DNA of 64,000 bases from the human T2T-CHM13v2.0 reference genome, Homo sapiens (GCF_009914755.1 NC_060948.1), one strand, 5' to 3'; counted from the first letter of the stretch, positions 1-15,821 are shown. Translations and numbers: made by a program. The notes: generated by a model not told the origin, from the letters alone.

Positions 1-1324
1 ATATACGTATTAAATATAAATTATACATTATATATATTATATATAATATATCTGTTATATATAATACCCATTATGCATAATATATATATTATGTCTATGT
101 TATATATAGTATAAAACAACATATAATAATATATAATTGTATATATAAAATGCGACATATAATATATATTATATTTTATGACATATGTAATATATATTAT
201 ATATTATATATAATACGTTGTATGTATAATACCTATATTAAATATATATTATATGACTATGTTATTAATTACATGTCACATATGTTATATATTATATATT
301 TTACATAGAATATACCGGTTACATGCAGTATATACTATGTTACCTATAATGTATAATTGATTACATGTAAAATAAAGAATGCAATATATTATGTATAATT
401 TATAATATACATTATGTGGAATGTGATATATATAACATATAATATATGATATATGATATACAGTATATGATATATAACATACAATATATGATACCTAATA
501 TATATGGTATACAATATATATTTTATGATATGTATTCTATATGTTTTATATTCTGTTATATATAACTATTTGAAATTATATATAACTGTATAATATTTTA
601 TGCAAATATGTAATATAATATATATAACTATATAATATATTATATATAACTATATATTATGTTATATATACTTTTATCACATAATTTACATTAAATATCA
701 TAATATAATATATATTATATTATTTCACATTACATAATATATATGACATATCACCCAATATAAGTAACATACATAATATTATAATATAGATTATATTATG
801 TTATATTAAATATCATATATATCATGTATCATATATTCTATAATATATATTACACATTATATAATATGTATGTTGTCTATTATGTGATATATATAACTAT
901 ATATAATTATATTATTATACATATAACTAGATAAACATGTAATTCTACATATTTTCATTTATATTATATAGAATTATATAATCATATATAATTATTTATA
1001 CTCTATAAAAAATTATATCCTTATATAAATTATAATATATAAAAATTATAATATGTACTACATATATATATTATATATCATATATGATATAGTACCTTTG
1101 TTATATATCATAATACATATAAATGTGTATTATGTTATCTATAATTATATAATTTCATATATAAGTTGTATAATATGTATCAAATATTATATATGTTATG
1201 TAATATATATAGTATATATAAGCTGACACAGGATAAATATTATATACTATGACATATAAAATATATGAGGTTATATGTTACATATAAGGCATAGCACATA
1301 ACATGTAATATATATCATATATAA

Positions 1325-1616
1325 TTTTTTTTTAGACAGAGTCTTGTCCTGTTGCACAGGGTGGGGTACAATGGCGCCATCTTTGCTCACTGCAACATCT
1401 GCCTCAAGGGTCCAAGCGATTGGCCTCCCTCAGCCTCCCAGGTAGCTGGGACTACACCACACTGGGACTACAGCAGCTGCCACCACGCCTAGCTAATTTT
1501 TTGGATTTTTAGTAGTGACAGCGTTTCACTGTATTGGCCAGGATGGTCTTGATCTCTTCACCTTGTGATCCCCTTGCCTTGGCCTCCAAATTTGCTGGGA
1601 TTACAGGCCTGAGCCA
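1325..1616 (-). mobile_element. Diverged Alu SINE (unit 1), ~12 nt 5'-truncated, amplified passively with the satellite
   Basis: T9 followed by 'agacagagtcttg...gctcactgcaac...cctcagcctccc...gctaatttttt...tttttagtag...gctgggattacaggcctgagcca', i.e. the reverse complement of a dimeric Alu. Confidence 0.95.
1446..1475. repeat. 16-bp-period direct duplication inside the Alu (ctgggactaca at 1446 and 1462); present in every unit
   Basis: 'gctgggactacaccacactgggactaca(c/g)cagctgcc', whereas the Alu consensus has a single 'ctgggactaca'. Confidence 0.9.
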
Positions 1617-2185
1617 AGATCCATATTTTTTAAATGAAAAAAAATTTGAAAGGTACTCTGCTTGGTACAATAATCAAATGTATAAACTGAGGAATAAAAC
1701 ATAACCATGAAACCTACTTATAACTGCATATGGAAAATACAGAGGATAATTTTTTAAATAACATATTTTGAAAGCCTTAACTAGTAATTTGAAGAGTTGG
1801 CATTTGAAAGGCCAGTATGAATATACCTTCAAAGCAGCAACACAGGTTCCCCATGAGAAAAAGCAAACACAGGGAAAATGAAAACACAAAGGTTCAATCT
1901 CTTCTGACCTTTGAAAGACACAGCACAGACAGTGGTCCTTAGGACGAAGAGCAGGAGACCCCTAATTCCGTCACCATGGCGATAGGGCATAAACATTGCT
2001 GGGTGAGGGCACAATCCACATTGTGAGGTCCAACTGCTGCCAGGAAGACAGGAGTGCTTTTACATAGACCGAAAGGTCATTGAAGGCTCAGAGTTTTGTT
2101 TCAAGAACTGAATCCCAAGCCCACACGTTATTAGGCTGCGCTTCTTAAAACAAGTTATGAGATGGGAAAAAGGGCACCCACAAAC
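1617..2185. repeat. Moderate-GC non-Alu spacer of the unit (~570 bp; probably the part repeat libraries label HSATI); repeated in all 26 units
   Basis: Complex sequence from 'agatccatattttttaaatg' to 'gggcacccacaaac', near-identical in every unit. The library label is recalled, not verified. Confidence 0.75.
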
Positions 2186-3740
2186 ATACGTATACATTAT
2201 GTATATAATAATATACAGTATCATATATATAATATATATAACCTATGTATAATATTGTTTTACATCCTGCATCTTATGTTATATATATTGTATAAAATAT
2301 AATAATTGATAATATATAAGTTTTATATCTATACAATATGACATATAGTATATATTATAATTTATGACATATATAATATATGTTATATATCATATATAGA
2401 ATATATTATACGGTTAATATACGTATTAAATATAAATTATACATTATATATATTATATATAATATATCTGTTATATATAATACCCATTATGCATAATATA
2501 TATATTATGTCTATGTTATATATAGTATAAAACAACATATAATAATATATAATTGTATACATAAAATGCGACATATAATATATATTATATTTTATGACAT
2601 ATGTAATATATATTATATATTATATATAATACGTTGTATGTATAATACCTATATTAAATATATATTATATGACTATGTTATTAATTACATGTCACATATG
2701 TTATATATTATATATTTTACATAGAATATACCGGTTACATGCAGTATATACTATGTTACCTATAATGTATAATTGATTACATGTAAAATAAAGAATGCAA
2801 TATATTATGTATAATTTATAATATACATTATGTGGAATGTGATATATATAACATATAATATATGATATATGATATACAGTATATGATATATAACATACAA
2901 TATATGATACCTAATATATATGGTATACAATATATATTTTATGATATGTATTCTATATGTTTTATATTCTGTTATATATAACTATTTGAAATTATATATA
3001 ACTGTATAATATTTTATGCAAATATGTAATATAATATATATAACTATATAATATATTATATATAACTATATATTATGTTATATATACTTTTATCACATAA
3101 TTTACATTAAATATCATAATATAATATATATTATATTATTTCACATTACATAATATATATTACATATCACCCAATATAAGTAACATACATAATATTATAA
3201 TATAGATTATATTATGTTATATTAAATATCATATATATCATGTATCATATATTCTATAATATATATTACACATTATATAATATGTATGTTGTCTATTATG
3301 TGATATATATAACTATATATAATTATATTATTATACATATAACTAGATAAACATGTAATTCTACATATTTTCATTTATAATATATAGAATTATATAATCA
3401 TATATAATTATTTATACTCTATAAAAAATTATATCCTTATATAAATTATAATATATAAAAATTATAATATGTACTACATATATATATTATATATCATATA
3501 TGATATAGTACCTTTGTTATATATCATAATACATATAAATGTGTATTATGTTATCTATAATTATATAATTTCATATATAAGTTGTATAATATGTATCAAA
3601 TATTATATATGTTATGTAATATATATAGTATATATAAGCTGACACAGGATAAATATTATATACTATGACATGTAAAATATATGGGGTTATATGTTACATA
3701 TAAGGCATAGCACATAACATGTAATATATATCATATATAA
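2186..3740. repeat. AT-rich degenerate (TA)n-like low-complexity block of the unit (~1.55 kb); repeated in every unit
   Basis: Almost entirely A/T with short tata/taa/atatg motifs, and alignable base-for-base between units. Confidence 0.92.
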
Positions 3741-4032
3741 TTTTTTTTTAGACAGAGTCTTGTCCTGTTGCACAGGGTGGGGTACAATGGCGCCATCTTT
3801 GCTCACTGCAACATCTGCTTCAAGGGTCCAAGCGATTGGCCTCCCTCAGCCTCCCAGGTAGCTGGGACTACACCACACTGGGACTACAGCAGCTGCCACC
3901 ACGCCTAGCTAATTTTTTGGATTTTTAGTAGTGACAGCGTTTCACTGTATTGGCCAGGATGGTCTTGATCTCTTCACCTTGTGATCCCCTTGCCTTGGCC
4001 TCCAAATTTGCTGGGATTACAGGCCTGAGCCA
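3741..4032 (-). mobile_element. Alu copy, unit 2
   Basis: Same antisense Alu sequence as unit 1. Confidence 0.93.
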
Positions 4033-6160
4033 AGATCCATATTTTTTAAATGAAAAAAAATTTCAAAGGTACTCTGCTTGGTACAATAATCAAATGTATA
4101 AACTGAGGAATAAAACATAACCATGAAACCTACTTATAACTGCATATGGAAAATACAGAGGATAATTTTTTAAATAACATATTTTGAAAGCCTTAACTAG
4201 TAATTTGAAGAGTTGGCATTTGAAAGGCCAGTATGAATATACCTTCAAAGCAGCAACACAGGTTCCCCATGAGAAAAAGCAAACACAGGGAAAATGAAAA
4301 CACAAAGGTTCAATCTCTTCTGACCTTTGAAAGACACAGCACAGACAGTGGTCCTTAGGACGAAGAGCAGGAGACCCCTAATTCCGTCACCATGGCGATA
4401 GGGCATAAACATTGCTGGGTGAGGGCACAATCCACATTGTGAGGTCCAACTGCTGCCAGGAAGACAGGAGTGCTTTTACATAGACCGAAAGGTCATTGAA
4501 GGCTCAGAGTTTTGTTTCAAGAACTGAATCCCAAGCCCACACGTTATTAGGCTGCGCTTCTTAAAACAAGTTATGAGATGGGAAAAAGGGCACCCACAAA
4601 CATACGTATACATTATGTATATAATAATATACAGTATCATATATATAATATATATAACCTATGTATAATATTGTTTTACATCCTGCATCTTATGTTATAT
4701 ATATTGTATAAAATATAATAATTGATAATATATAAGTTTTATATCTATACAATATGACATATAGTATATATTATAATTTATGACATATATAATATATGTT
4801 ATATATCATATATAGAATATATTATACGGTTAATATACGTATTAAATATAAATTATACATTATATATATTATATATAATATATCTGTTATATATAATACC
4901 CATTATGCATAATATATATATTATGTCTATGTTATATATAGTATAAAACAACATATAATAATATATAATTGTATATATAAAATGCGACATAATATATATA
5001 TTATATTTTATAACATATGTAATATATATTATATATTATATATAATACGTTGTATGTATAATACCTATATTAAATATATATTATATGACTATGTTATTAA
5101 TTACATGTCACATGTGTTATATATTATATATTTTACATAGAATATACCGGTTACATACAATATATACTATGTTACCTATTATGTATAATTTATTACATGT
5201 AAAATAAAGAATGCAATATATTATGTATAATTTATAATATACAATATGTGGAATGAGATATATATAACATATAATATATGATATATGATATACAGTATAT
5301 GATATATAACATACAATATATGATTCCTAATATATATGGTATACAATATATATTTTATGATATGTATTCTATATGTTTTATATTCTGTTATATATAACTA
5401 TTTGAAATTATATATAACTGTATAATATTTTATGTAAATATGTAATATAATATATATAACTATATAATATATTATATATAACTATATATTATGTTATATA
5501 CACTTTTATAACATAATTTACATAAAATATCATAATATAATATATATTATATTATTTCATATTACATAATATATATTACATATCACCCAATATAACTAAC
5601 ATACATAATATTATAATATAGATTATATTATGTTATATGAAATATCATATATATCATGTATCATATATTCTATAATATATATTACACATTATAAAATATG
5701 TATGTTGTCTATTATGTGATATATATAACTCTATATATAATTATATTATTATACATATAACTAGATAAACATGTAAGTCTACATATTTTCATTTATAATA
5801 TGTAGAATTATATAATCATATATAATTATTTATATTCTATAAAAAATTTTATCATTATATAAATTATAATATATAAAAATTATAATATGTACTACAAATA
5901 TATATATTATATATCATATATGATATAGTACCTTTGTTATATATCATAATACATATAAATGTGTATTATGTTATCTATAATTATATAATTTCATATATAA
6001 GATGTATAATATGTATCATATATTATATATGTTATGTAATATACATAGTATATATAAGATGACACAGGATAAATATTATATACTATGACATATAAAATAT
6101 ATCCGTTTATATGTTACATATAAGGCATAGCACATAACATGTAATATATATCATATATAA

Positions 6161-6452
<292 letters not shown>

Positions 6453-8554
6453 AGATCCATATTTTTTAAATGAAAAAAAATTTCAAAGGTACTCTGCTTG
6501 GTACAATAATGAAATGTATAAACTGAGGAATAAAACATAACCATGAAACCTACTTATAAATGCATATGGAAAATACAGAGGATAATTTTTTAAATAACAT
6601 ATTTTGAAAGCCTTAACTAGTAATTTGAAGAGTTGGCATTTGAAAGGCCAGTATGAATATACCTTCAAAGCAGCAACACAGGTTCCCCATGAGGAAAAGC
6701 AAACTCAGGGAAAATAAAACCACAAAGGTTCAATCTCTTCTGACCTTTGAAAGACACAGCACAGACAGTGGTCCTTAGGACGAAGAGCAGGAGACCCCTA
6801 ATTCCGTCACCATGGCGATAGGGCATAAACATTGCTGGGTGAGGGCACAATCCACATTGTGAGGTCCAACTGCTGCCAGGAAGACAGGAGTGCTTTTACA
6901 TAGACCGAAAGGTCATTGAAGGCTCAGAGTTTTGTTTCAAGAACTGAATCCCAAGCCCACACGTTATTAGGCTGCGCTTCTTAAAACAAGTTATGAGATG
7001 GGAAAAAGGGCACCCACAAACATACGTATACATTATGTATATAATAATATACAGTATCATATATATAATATATATAACCTATGTATAATATTGTTTTACA
7101 TCCTGCATCTTATGTTATATATATTGTATAAAATATAATAATTGATAATATATAAGTTTTATATTTATACAATATGACATATAGTATATATTATAATTTA
7201 TGACATATATAATATATGTTATATATCATATATATAATATATTATACGGTTAATATACGTATTAAATATAAATTATACATTATATATATTATATATAATA
7301 TATCTGTTATATATAATACCCATTATGCATAATATATATATTATGTCTATGATATATATAGTATAAAACAACATATAATAATATATAATTGTATATATAA
7401 AATGCGACATATAATATATATTATATTTTATGACATATGTAATATATATTATATATTATATATAATGCGTTGTATGTATAATACCTATATTAAATATACA
7501 TTACATGACTATGTTATTAATTACATGTCACATGTGTTATATATTATTTATTTTACATAGAATATACCGGTTACATACAATATATAGTATGTTACCTATA
7601 ATGTATAATTTATTACATGTAAAATAAAGAATGCAATATATTATGTATAATTTATAATATACAATATGTGGAATGTGATATATATAACATATAATATATG
7701 ATATATGATATAGAGTATATGATATATAACATACAATATATGATACCTAATATATATGATATACAATATATATTTTATGATATGTATTCTATATGTTATA
7801 TATTCTGTTATATATAACTGTTTGAAATTATATATAACTGTATAATATTTTAGGTAAATATGTAATATAATATATATAACTTTATAATATATTATATATA
7901 ACTATATATTATGTTATATATACTTTTATAACATAATTTACATAAAATATCATAATATAATATATATTATATTATTTCATATTACATAATATATATTACA
8001 TATCACCCAATATAAGTAACATACATATTATAATATAGATTATATTATCTTATATTAAATATCATATATATCATGTATCATATATTCTATAATATATATT
8101 ATACATTATATAATATGTATGTTGTCTATTATGTGATATATATAACTATATATATAATTATATTATTATACATATAACTAGATAAACATGTAATTCTACA
8201 TATTTTCATTTATAATATATAGAATTATATAATCATATATAATTATTTATATTCTATAAAAAATTATATCATTATATAAATTATAATATATAAAAATTAT
8301 AATATGTACTACAAATATATATATTATATATCATATATGATATAGTACCTTTGTTATATATCATAATACATATAAATGTGTATTATGTTATCTATAATTA
8401 TATAATTTCATATATAAGATGTATATTATGTATTATATATTATATACGTTATGTAATATATATAGTATATATAAGCTGACAAAGGATAAATATTATATAC
8501 TATGACATATAAAATATATGAGGTTATATGTTACATATAAGGCATAGCACATAA

Positions 8555-8869
<315 letters not shown>

Positions 8870-10997
8870 AGATCCATATTTTTTAAATGAAAAAAAATTT
8901 CAAAGGTACTCTGCTTGGTACAATAATCAAATGTATAAACTGAGGAATAAAACATAACCATGAAACCTACTTATAAATGCATATGGAAAATACAGAGGAT
9001 AATTTTTTAAATAACATATTTTGAAAGCCTTAACTAGTAATTTGAAGAGTTGGCATTTGAAAGGCCAGTATGAATATACCTTCAAAGCAGCAACACAGGT
9101 TCCCCATGAGAAAAAGCAAACTCAGGGAAAATAAAACCACAAAGGTTCAATCTCTTCTGACCTTTGAAAGACACAGCACAGACAGTGGTCCTTAGGACGA
9201 AGAGCAGGAGACCCCTAATTCCGTCACCATGGCGATAGGGCATAAACATTGCTGGGTGAGGGCACAATCCACATTGTGAGGTCCAAGTGCTGCCAGGAAG
9301 ACAGGAGTGCTTTTACGTAGACCGAAAGGTCATTGAAGGCTCAGAGTTTTGTTTCAAGAACTGAATCCCAAGCCCACACGTTATTAGGCTGCGCTTCTTA
9401 AAACAAGTTATGAGATGGGAAAAAGGGCACCCACAAACATACGTATACATTATGTATATAATAATATACAGTATCATATATATAATATATATAACCTATG
9501 TATAATATTGTTTTACATCCTGCATCTTATGTTATATATATTGTATAAAATATAATAATTGATAATATATAAGTTTTATATTTATACAATATGACATATA
9601 GTATATATTATAATTTATGACATATATAATATATGTTATATATCATATATAGAATATATTATACGGTTAATATACGTATTAAATATAAATTATACATTAT
9701 ATATATTATATATAATATATCTGTTATATATAATACACATTATGCATAATATATATATTATGTCTATGTTATATATAGTATAAAACAACATATAATAATA
9801 TATAATTGTATATATAAAATGCGACATATAATATATATTATATTTTATGACATATGTAATATATATTATATATTATACATAATGCGTTGTATGTATAATA
9901 CCTATATTAAATATATATTACATGACTATGTTATTAATTACATGTCACATGTGTTATATATTATATATTTTACATAGAATATACCGGTTACAAACAATAT
10001 ATACTATGTTACCTATAATGTATAATTTATTACATGTAAAATAAAGAAAGCAATATATTATGTATAATTTATAATATACAATATGTGGAATGTGATATAT
10101 ATAACATATAATATATGATATATGATATACAGTATATGATATATAACATACAATATATGATACCTAATATATATGGTATACAATATATATTTTATGATAT
10201 GTATTCTCTATGTTTTATATTCTGTTATATATAACTATTTGAAATTATATATAACTGTATAATATTTTATGTAAATATGTAATATAATATATATAACTAT
10301 ATAATATATTATATATAACTATATATTATGTTATATATACTTTTATAACATAATTTACATAAAATATCATAATATAATATATATTATATTATTTCATATT
10401 ACTTAATATATATTACATATCACCCAATATAAGTAACATACATAATATTATAATATAGATTATATTATGTTATATTAAATATCATATATATCATGTATCA
10501 TACATTCTATAATATATATTACACATTATATAATATGTATGTTGTCTATTATGTGATATATATAACTATATATATAATTATATTATTAAACATATAACTA
10601 GATAAACATGTAATTCTACATATTTTCATTTATATTATATAGAATTATATAATCATATATAATTATTTATATTCTATAAAAAATTATATCATTATATAAA
10701 ATATAATATATAAAAATTATAATATGTACTACAAATATATATATTATATATCATATATGATATAGTACCTTTGTTATATATCATAATACATATAAATGTG
10801 TATTATGTTATCTATAATTATATAATTTCATATATAAGATGTATAATATGTATCATATATTATATATGTTATGTAATATATATAGTATATATAAGATGAC
10901 ACAGGATAAATATTATATACTATGACATATAAAATATATGAGGTTATATGTTACGTATAAGGCATAGCACATAACATGTAATATATATCATATATAA

Positions 10998-11289
10998 TTT
11001 TTTTTTAGACAGAATCTTGTCCTGTTGCACAGGGTGGGGTACAATGGCGCCATCTTTGCTCACTTCAACATCTGCCTCACGGGTCCAAGCGATTGTCCTC
11101 CCTCAGCCTCCCAGGTAGCTGGGACTACACCACACTGGGACTACAGCAGCTGCCACCATGCCTAGCTAATTTTTTGGATTTTTAGTAGTGACAGCGTTTC
11201 ACTGTATTGGCCAGGATGGTCTTGATCTCTTCACCTTGTGATCCCCTTGCCTTGGCCTCCAAATTTGCTGGGATTACAGGCCTGAGCCA
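10998..11289 (-). mobile_element. Alu copy, unit 5
   Basis: Same antisense Alu sequence. Confidence 0.93.
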
Positions 11290-13394
11290 AGATCCATATT
11301 TTTTAAATGAAAAAAAATTTCAAAGGTACTCTGCTTGGTACAATAATCAAATGTATAAACTGAGGAATAAAACATAACCATGAAACCTACTTATAACTGC
11401 ATATGGAAAATACAGAGGATAATTTTTTAAATAACATATTTTGAAAGCCTTAAGTAGTAATTTGAAGAGTTGGCATTAGAAAGGCCAGTATGAATATACC
11501 TTCAAAGCAGCAACACAGGTTCCCCATGAGAAAAAGCAAACTCAGGGAAAATAAAACCACAAAGGTTCAATCTCTTCTGACCTTTGAAAGACACAGCACA
11601 GACAGTGGTCCTTAGGACGAAGAGCAGGAGACCCCTAATTCCGTCACCATGGCGATAGGGCATAAACATTGCTGGGTGAGGGCACAATCCACATTGTGAG
11701 GTCCAACTGCTGCCAGGAAGACAGGAGTGCTTTTACATATACCGAAACGTCATTGAAGGCTCAGAGTTTTATTTCAAGAACTGAATCCCAAGCCCACACG
11801 TTATTAGGCTGCGCTTCTTAAAACAAGTTATGAGATGGGAAAAAGGGCACCCACAAACATACGTATACATTATGTATATAATAATATACAGTATCATATA
11901 TATAATATATATAACCTATGTATAATATTGTTTTACATCCTGCATCTTCTGTTATATATATTGTATAAAATATAATAATTGATAATATATAAGTTTTATA
12001 TATATACAATATGACATATAGTATATATTATAATTTATGACATATATAATATATGTTATGTATCATATATAGAATATATTATACGGTTAATATACGTATT
12101 AAATATAAATTATACATTATATATATTATATATAATATATCTGTTATATATAATACCCATTATGCATAATATATATATTATGTCTATGTTATATATAGTA
12201 TAAAACAACACATAATAATATACAATTGTATATATAAAATGCGACATATAATATATATTATATTTTATGACATATGTAATATATATTATATATTATATAT
12301 AATACGTTGTAGGTATAATTCCTATATTAAATATATATTATAGGACTATGTTATTAATTACATGTCACATATGTTATATATTATATATTTTACATAGAAT
12401 ATACCGGTTACATACAATATATACTATGTTACCTATAATGTATAATTTATTACATGTAAAATAAAGATTGCAATATACTATGTATAATTTATAGTATACA
12501 ATATGTGGATTGTGATATATATAACATATAATATATGATATATGATATACAGTATATGATATATAACATACAATATATGATACCTAATATATATGGTATA
12601 CAATATATATTTTATGATATGTATTCTCTATGTTTTATATTCTGTTATATATAACTATTTGAAATTATATATAACTGTATAATATTTTATGTAAATATGT
12701 AATATAATATATATAACTATATAATATATTACATATAACTATATATTATGTTATATATAGTTTTATAACATAATTTACATAAAATATCATAATATAATAT
12801 ATATTATATTATTTCATATTACATAATATATATTACATATCACCCAATATAAGTAACATACATAATATTATAATATAGATTATATTATGTTATATTAAAT
12901 ATCATATATATCATGTATCATATATTCTATAATATATATTACACATTATATAATATGTATGTTGTCTATTATGTGATATATAGAACTATATATATAATTA
13001 TATTATTATACATATAACTACATAAACATGTAATTCTACATATTTTCATTTATAATATATAGAATTATATAATCATATATAATTATTTATATTCTATAAA
13101 AAATTATATCATTATATAAATTATAATATATAAAAATTATAATATGTACTACAAACTGATATATTATATATCATATATGATACAGTACCTTTGTTATACA
13201 TCATATAACATATAAATGTGTATTATGTCATCAATAATTATATAATTACATACATAAGATGTATAATATGTATTATATATTATATATGTTATGTAATATA
13301 TATAGTATATATAAGCTGACACAGCATAAATATTATATACTATGACATATAAAATATATGAGGTTATATGTTACATACAAGGCATAGCACATAA

Positions 13395-13709
<315 letters not shown>

Positions 13710-15821
13710 AGATCCATATTTTTTAAATGAAAAAAAATTTCAAAGGTACTCTGCTTGGTACAATAATCAAATGTATAAACTGAGGAATAAAACATAACCA
13801 TGAAACCTACTTATAACTGCATACGAAAAATGCAGAGGATAATTTTTTAAATAACATATTTTGAAAGCCTTAACTAGTAATTTGAAGAGTTGGCATTTGA
13901 AAGGCCAGGATGAATATACCTTCAAAGCAGCAACACAGGTTCCCCATGAGAAAAAGCAAACTCAGGGAAAATAAAACCACAAAGGTTCAATCTCTTCTGA
14001 CCTTTGAAAGACACAGCACAGACAGTGGTCCTTAGGACGAAGAGCAGGAGAACCCTAATTCCGTCACCATGGCGATAGGGCATAAACATTGCTGGGTGAG
14101 GGCACAATCCACATTGTGAGGTCCAACTGCTGCCAGGAAGACAGGAGTGCTTTTACATAGACCGAAAGGACATTGAAGGCTCAGAGTTTTGTTTCAAGAA
14201 CTGAATCCCAAGCCCACACGTTATTAGGCTGCGCTTCTTAAAACAAGTTATCAGATGGGAAAAAGGGCACCCACAAACATACGTATACATTATGTATATA
14301 ATAATATACAGTATCATATATATAATATATATAACCTATGTATAATATTGTTTTACATCCTGCATCTTATCTTATATATATTGTATAAAATATAATAATT
14401 GATAATATATAAGTTCTATATTTATACAATATGACATATAGTATATATTATAATTTATGTCATATATAATATATGATATATATCATATATAGAATATATT
14501 ATACGGTTAATATACGTATTAAATATAAATTATACATTATATATATTATATATAATATATCTCTTATATATAATACCCATTATGCATAATATATATATTA
14601 TGTCTATGTTATATATAGTATAAAACAACACATAATAATATATAATTGTATGTATAAAATGCGACATATAATAGATAATATATTTTATGACATATGTAAT
14701 ATATATTATATATTATATATAATACGTTGTATGTATAATACCTATATTAAATATATATTATATGACTATGTTATTAATTACATGTCACATATGTTATATA
14801 TTATATATTTTACATAGAATATACCGGTTACATACAATATATACTATGTTACCTATAATGTACAATTTATTACATGTAAAATAAAGAATGCAATATATTA
14901 TGTATAATTTATAATATACAATATGTGGAATGTGATATATATAACAAATAATATATGATATATGATATACAGTATATGATATATAACATACAATATATGA
15001 TACCTAATATATATGGTCTACAATATATATTTTATGATATGTATTCTATATGTTTTATATTCTGTTATATATAACTATTTGAAATTATATATAACTGTAT
15101 AATATTTTATGTAAATATGTAATATAATATATATAACTATATAATATATTATATATAACTATATATTATGTTATATATACTTTTATAACATAATTTACTT
15201 AAAATATCATAATATAATATATATTATATTATTTCATATTACATAATATATATTACATATCACCCAATATAAGTAACATACATAAGATTATAATATAGAT
15301 TATATTATGTTATATTAAATATCATATATATTATGTATCATATATTCTATAATATATATTATACATTATATAATATGTATGTTGTCTATTATGTGATATA
15401 TATGACTAAATATATAATTATATTATTATACATATAACTAGATAAACATGTAATTCTACATATTTTCATTTATAATATATAGAATTATATAATCATATAT
15501 AATTATTTATATTCTATAAAAAATTATATCATTATATAAATTATAATATATAAAAATTATAATATGTACTACAAATATATATATTATATATCATATATGA
15601 TATAGTACCTTTGTTATATATCATATTACATATAAATGTGTATTATGTCATCTATAATTATATAATTTCATACATAAGATGTATAATATGTATTATATAT
15701 TTTATATGTTATGTAATATATATTGTATATATAAGATGACACAGGATAAATATTATATACTATGACATATAAAATATATGAGGTTATATGTTACATATAA
15801 GGCATAGCACATAACATGTAA

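Larger units (their letters stand above)
1325..3740. repeat. Exemplar complete repeat unit (Alu poly-T start to next Alu poly-T start), 2416 bp
   Basis: 'tttttttttagacagagtcttgtcc' starts at 1325 and again at 3741. Confidence 0.95.

Noticed and set aside
1829-2014. 61-aa ORF 'MCPHPAMFMPY...' open in all 26 units
   Set aside because: It starts at TTG, is short and has no recognisable domain. Its persistence simply reflects very high unit identity, and the visible variants are often non-synonymous, so there is no sign of coding constraint.
2186-3740. TATA boxes, polyadenylation signals, or an AT-rich organellar/Plasmodium-like origin of the sequence
   Set aside because: Such motifs are expected by chance at this composition, there is no associated gene, and the embedded Alu points to a primate nuclear origin.
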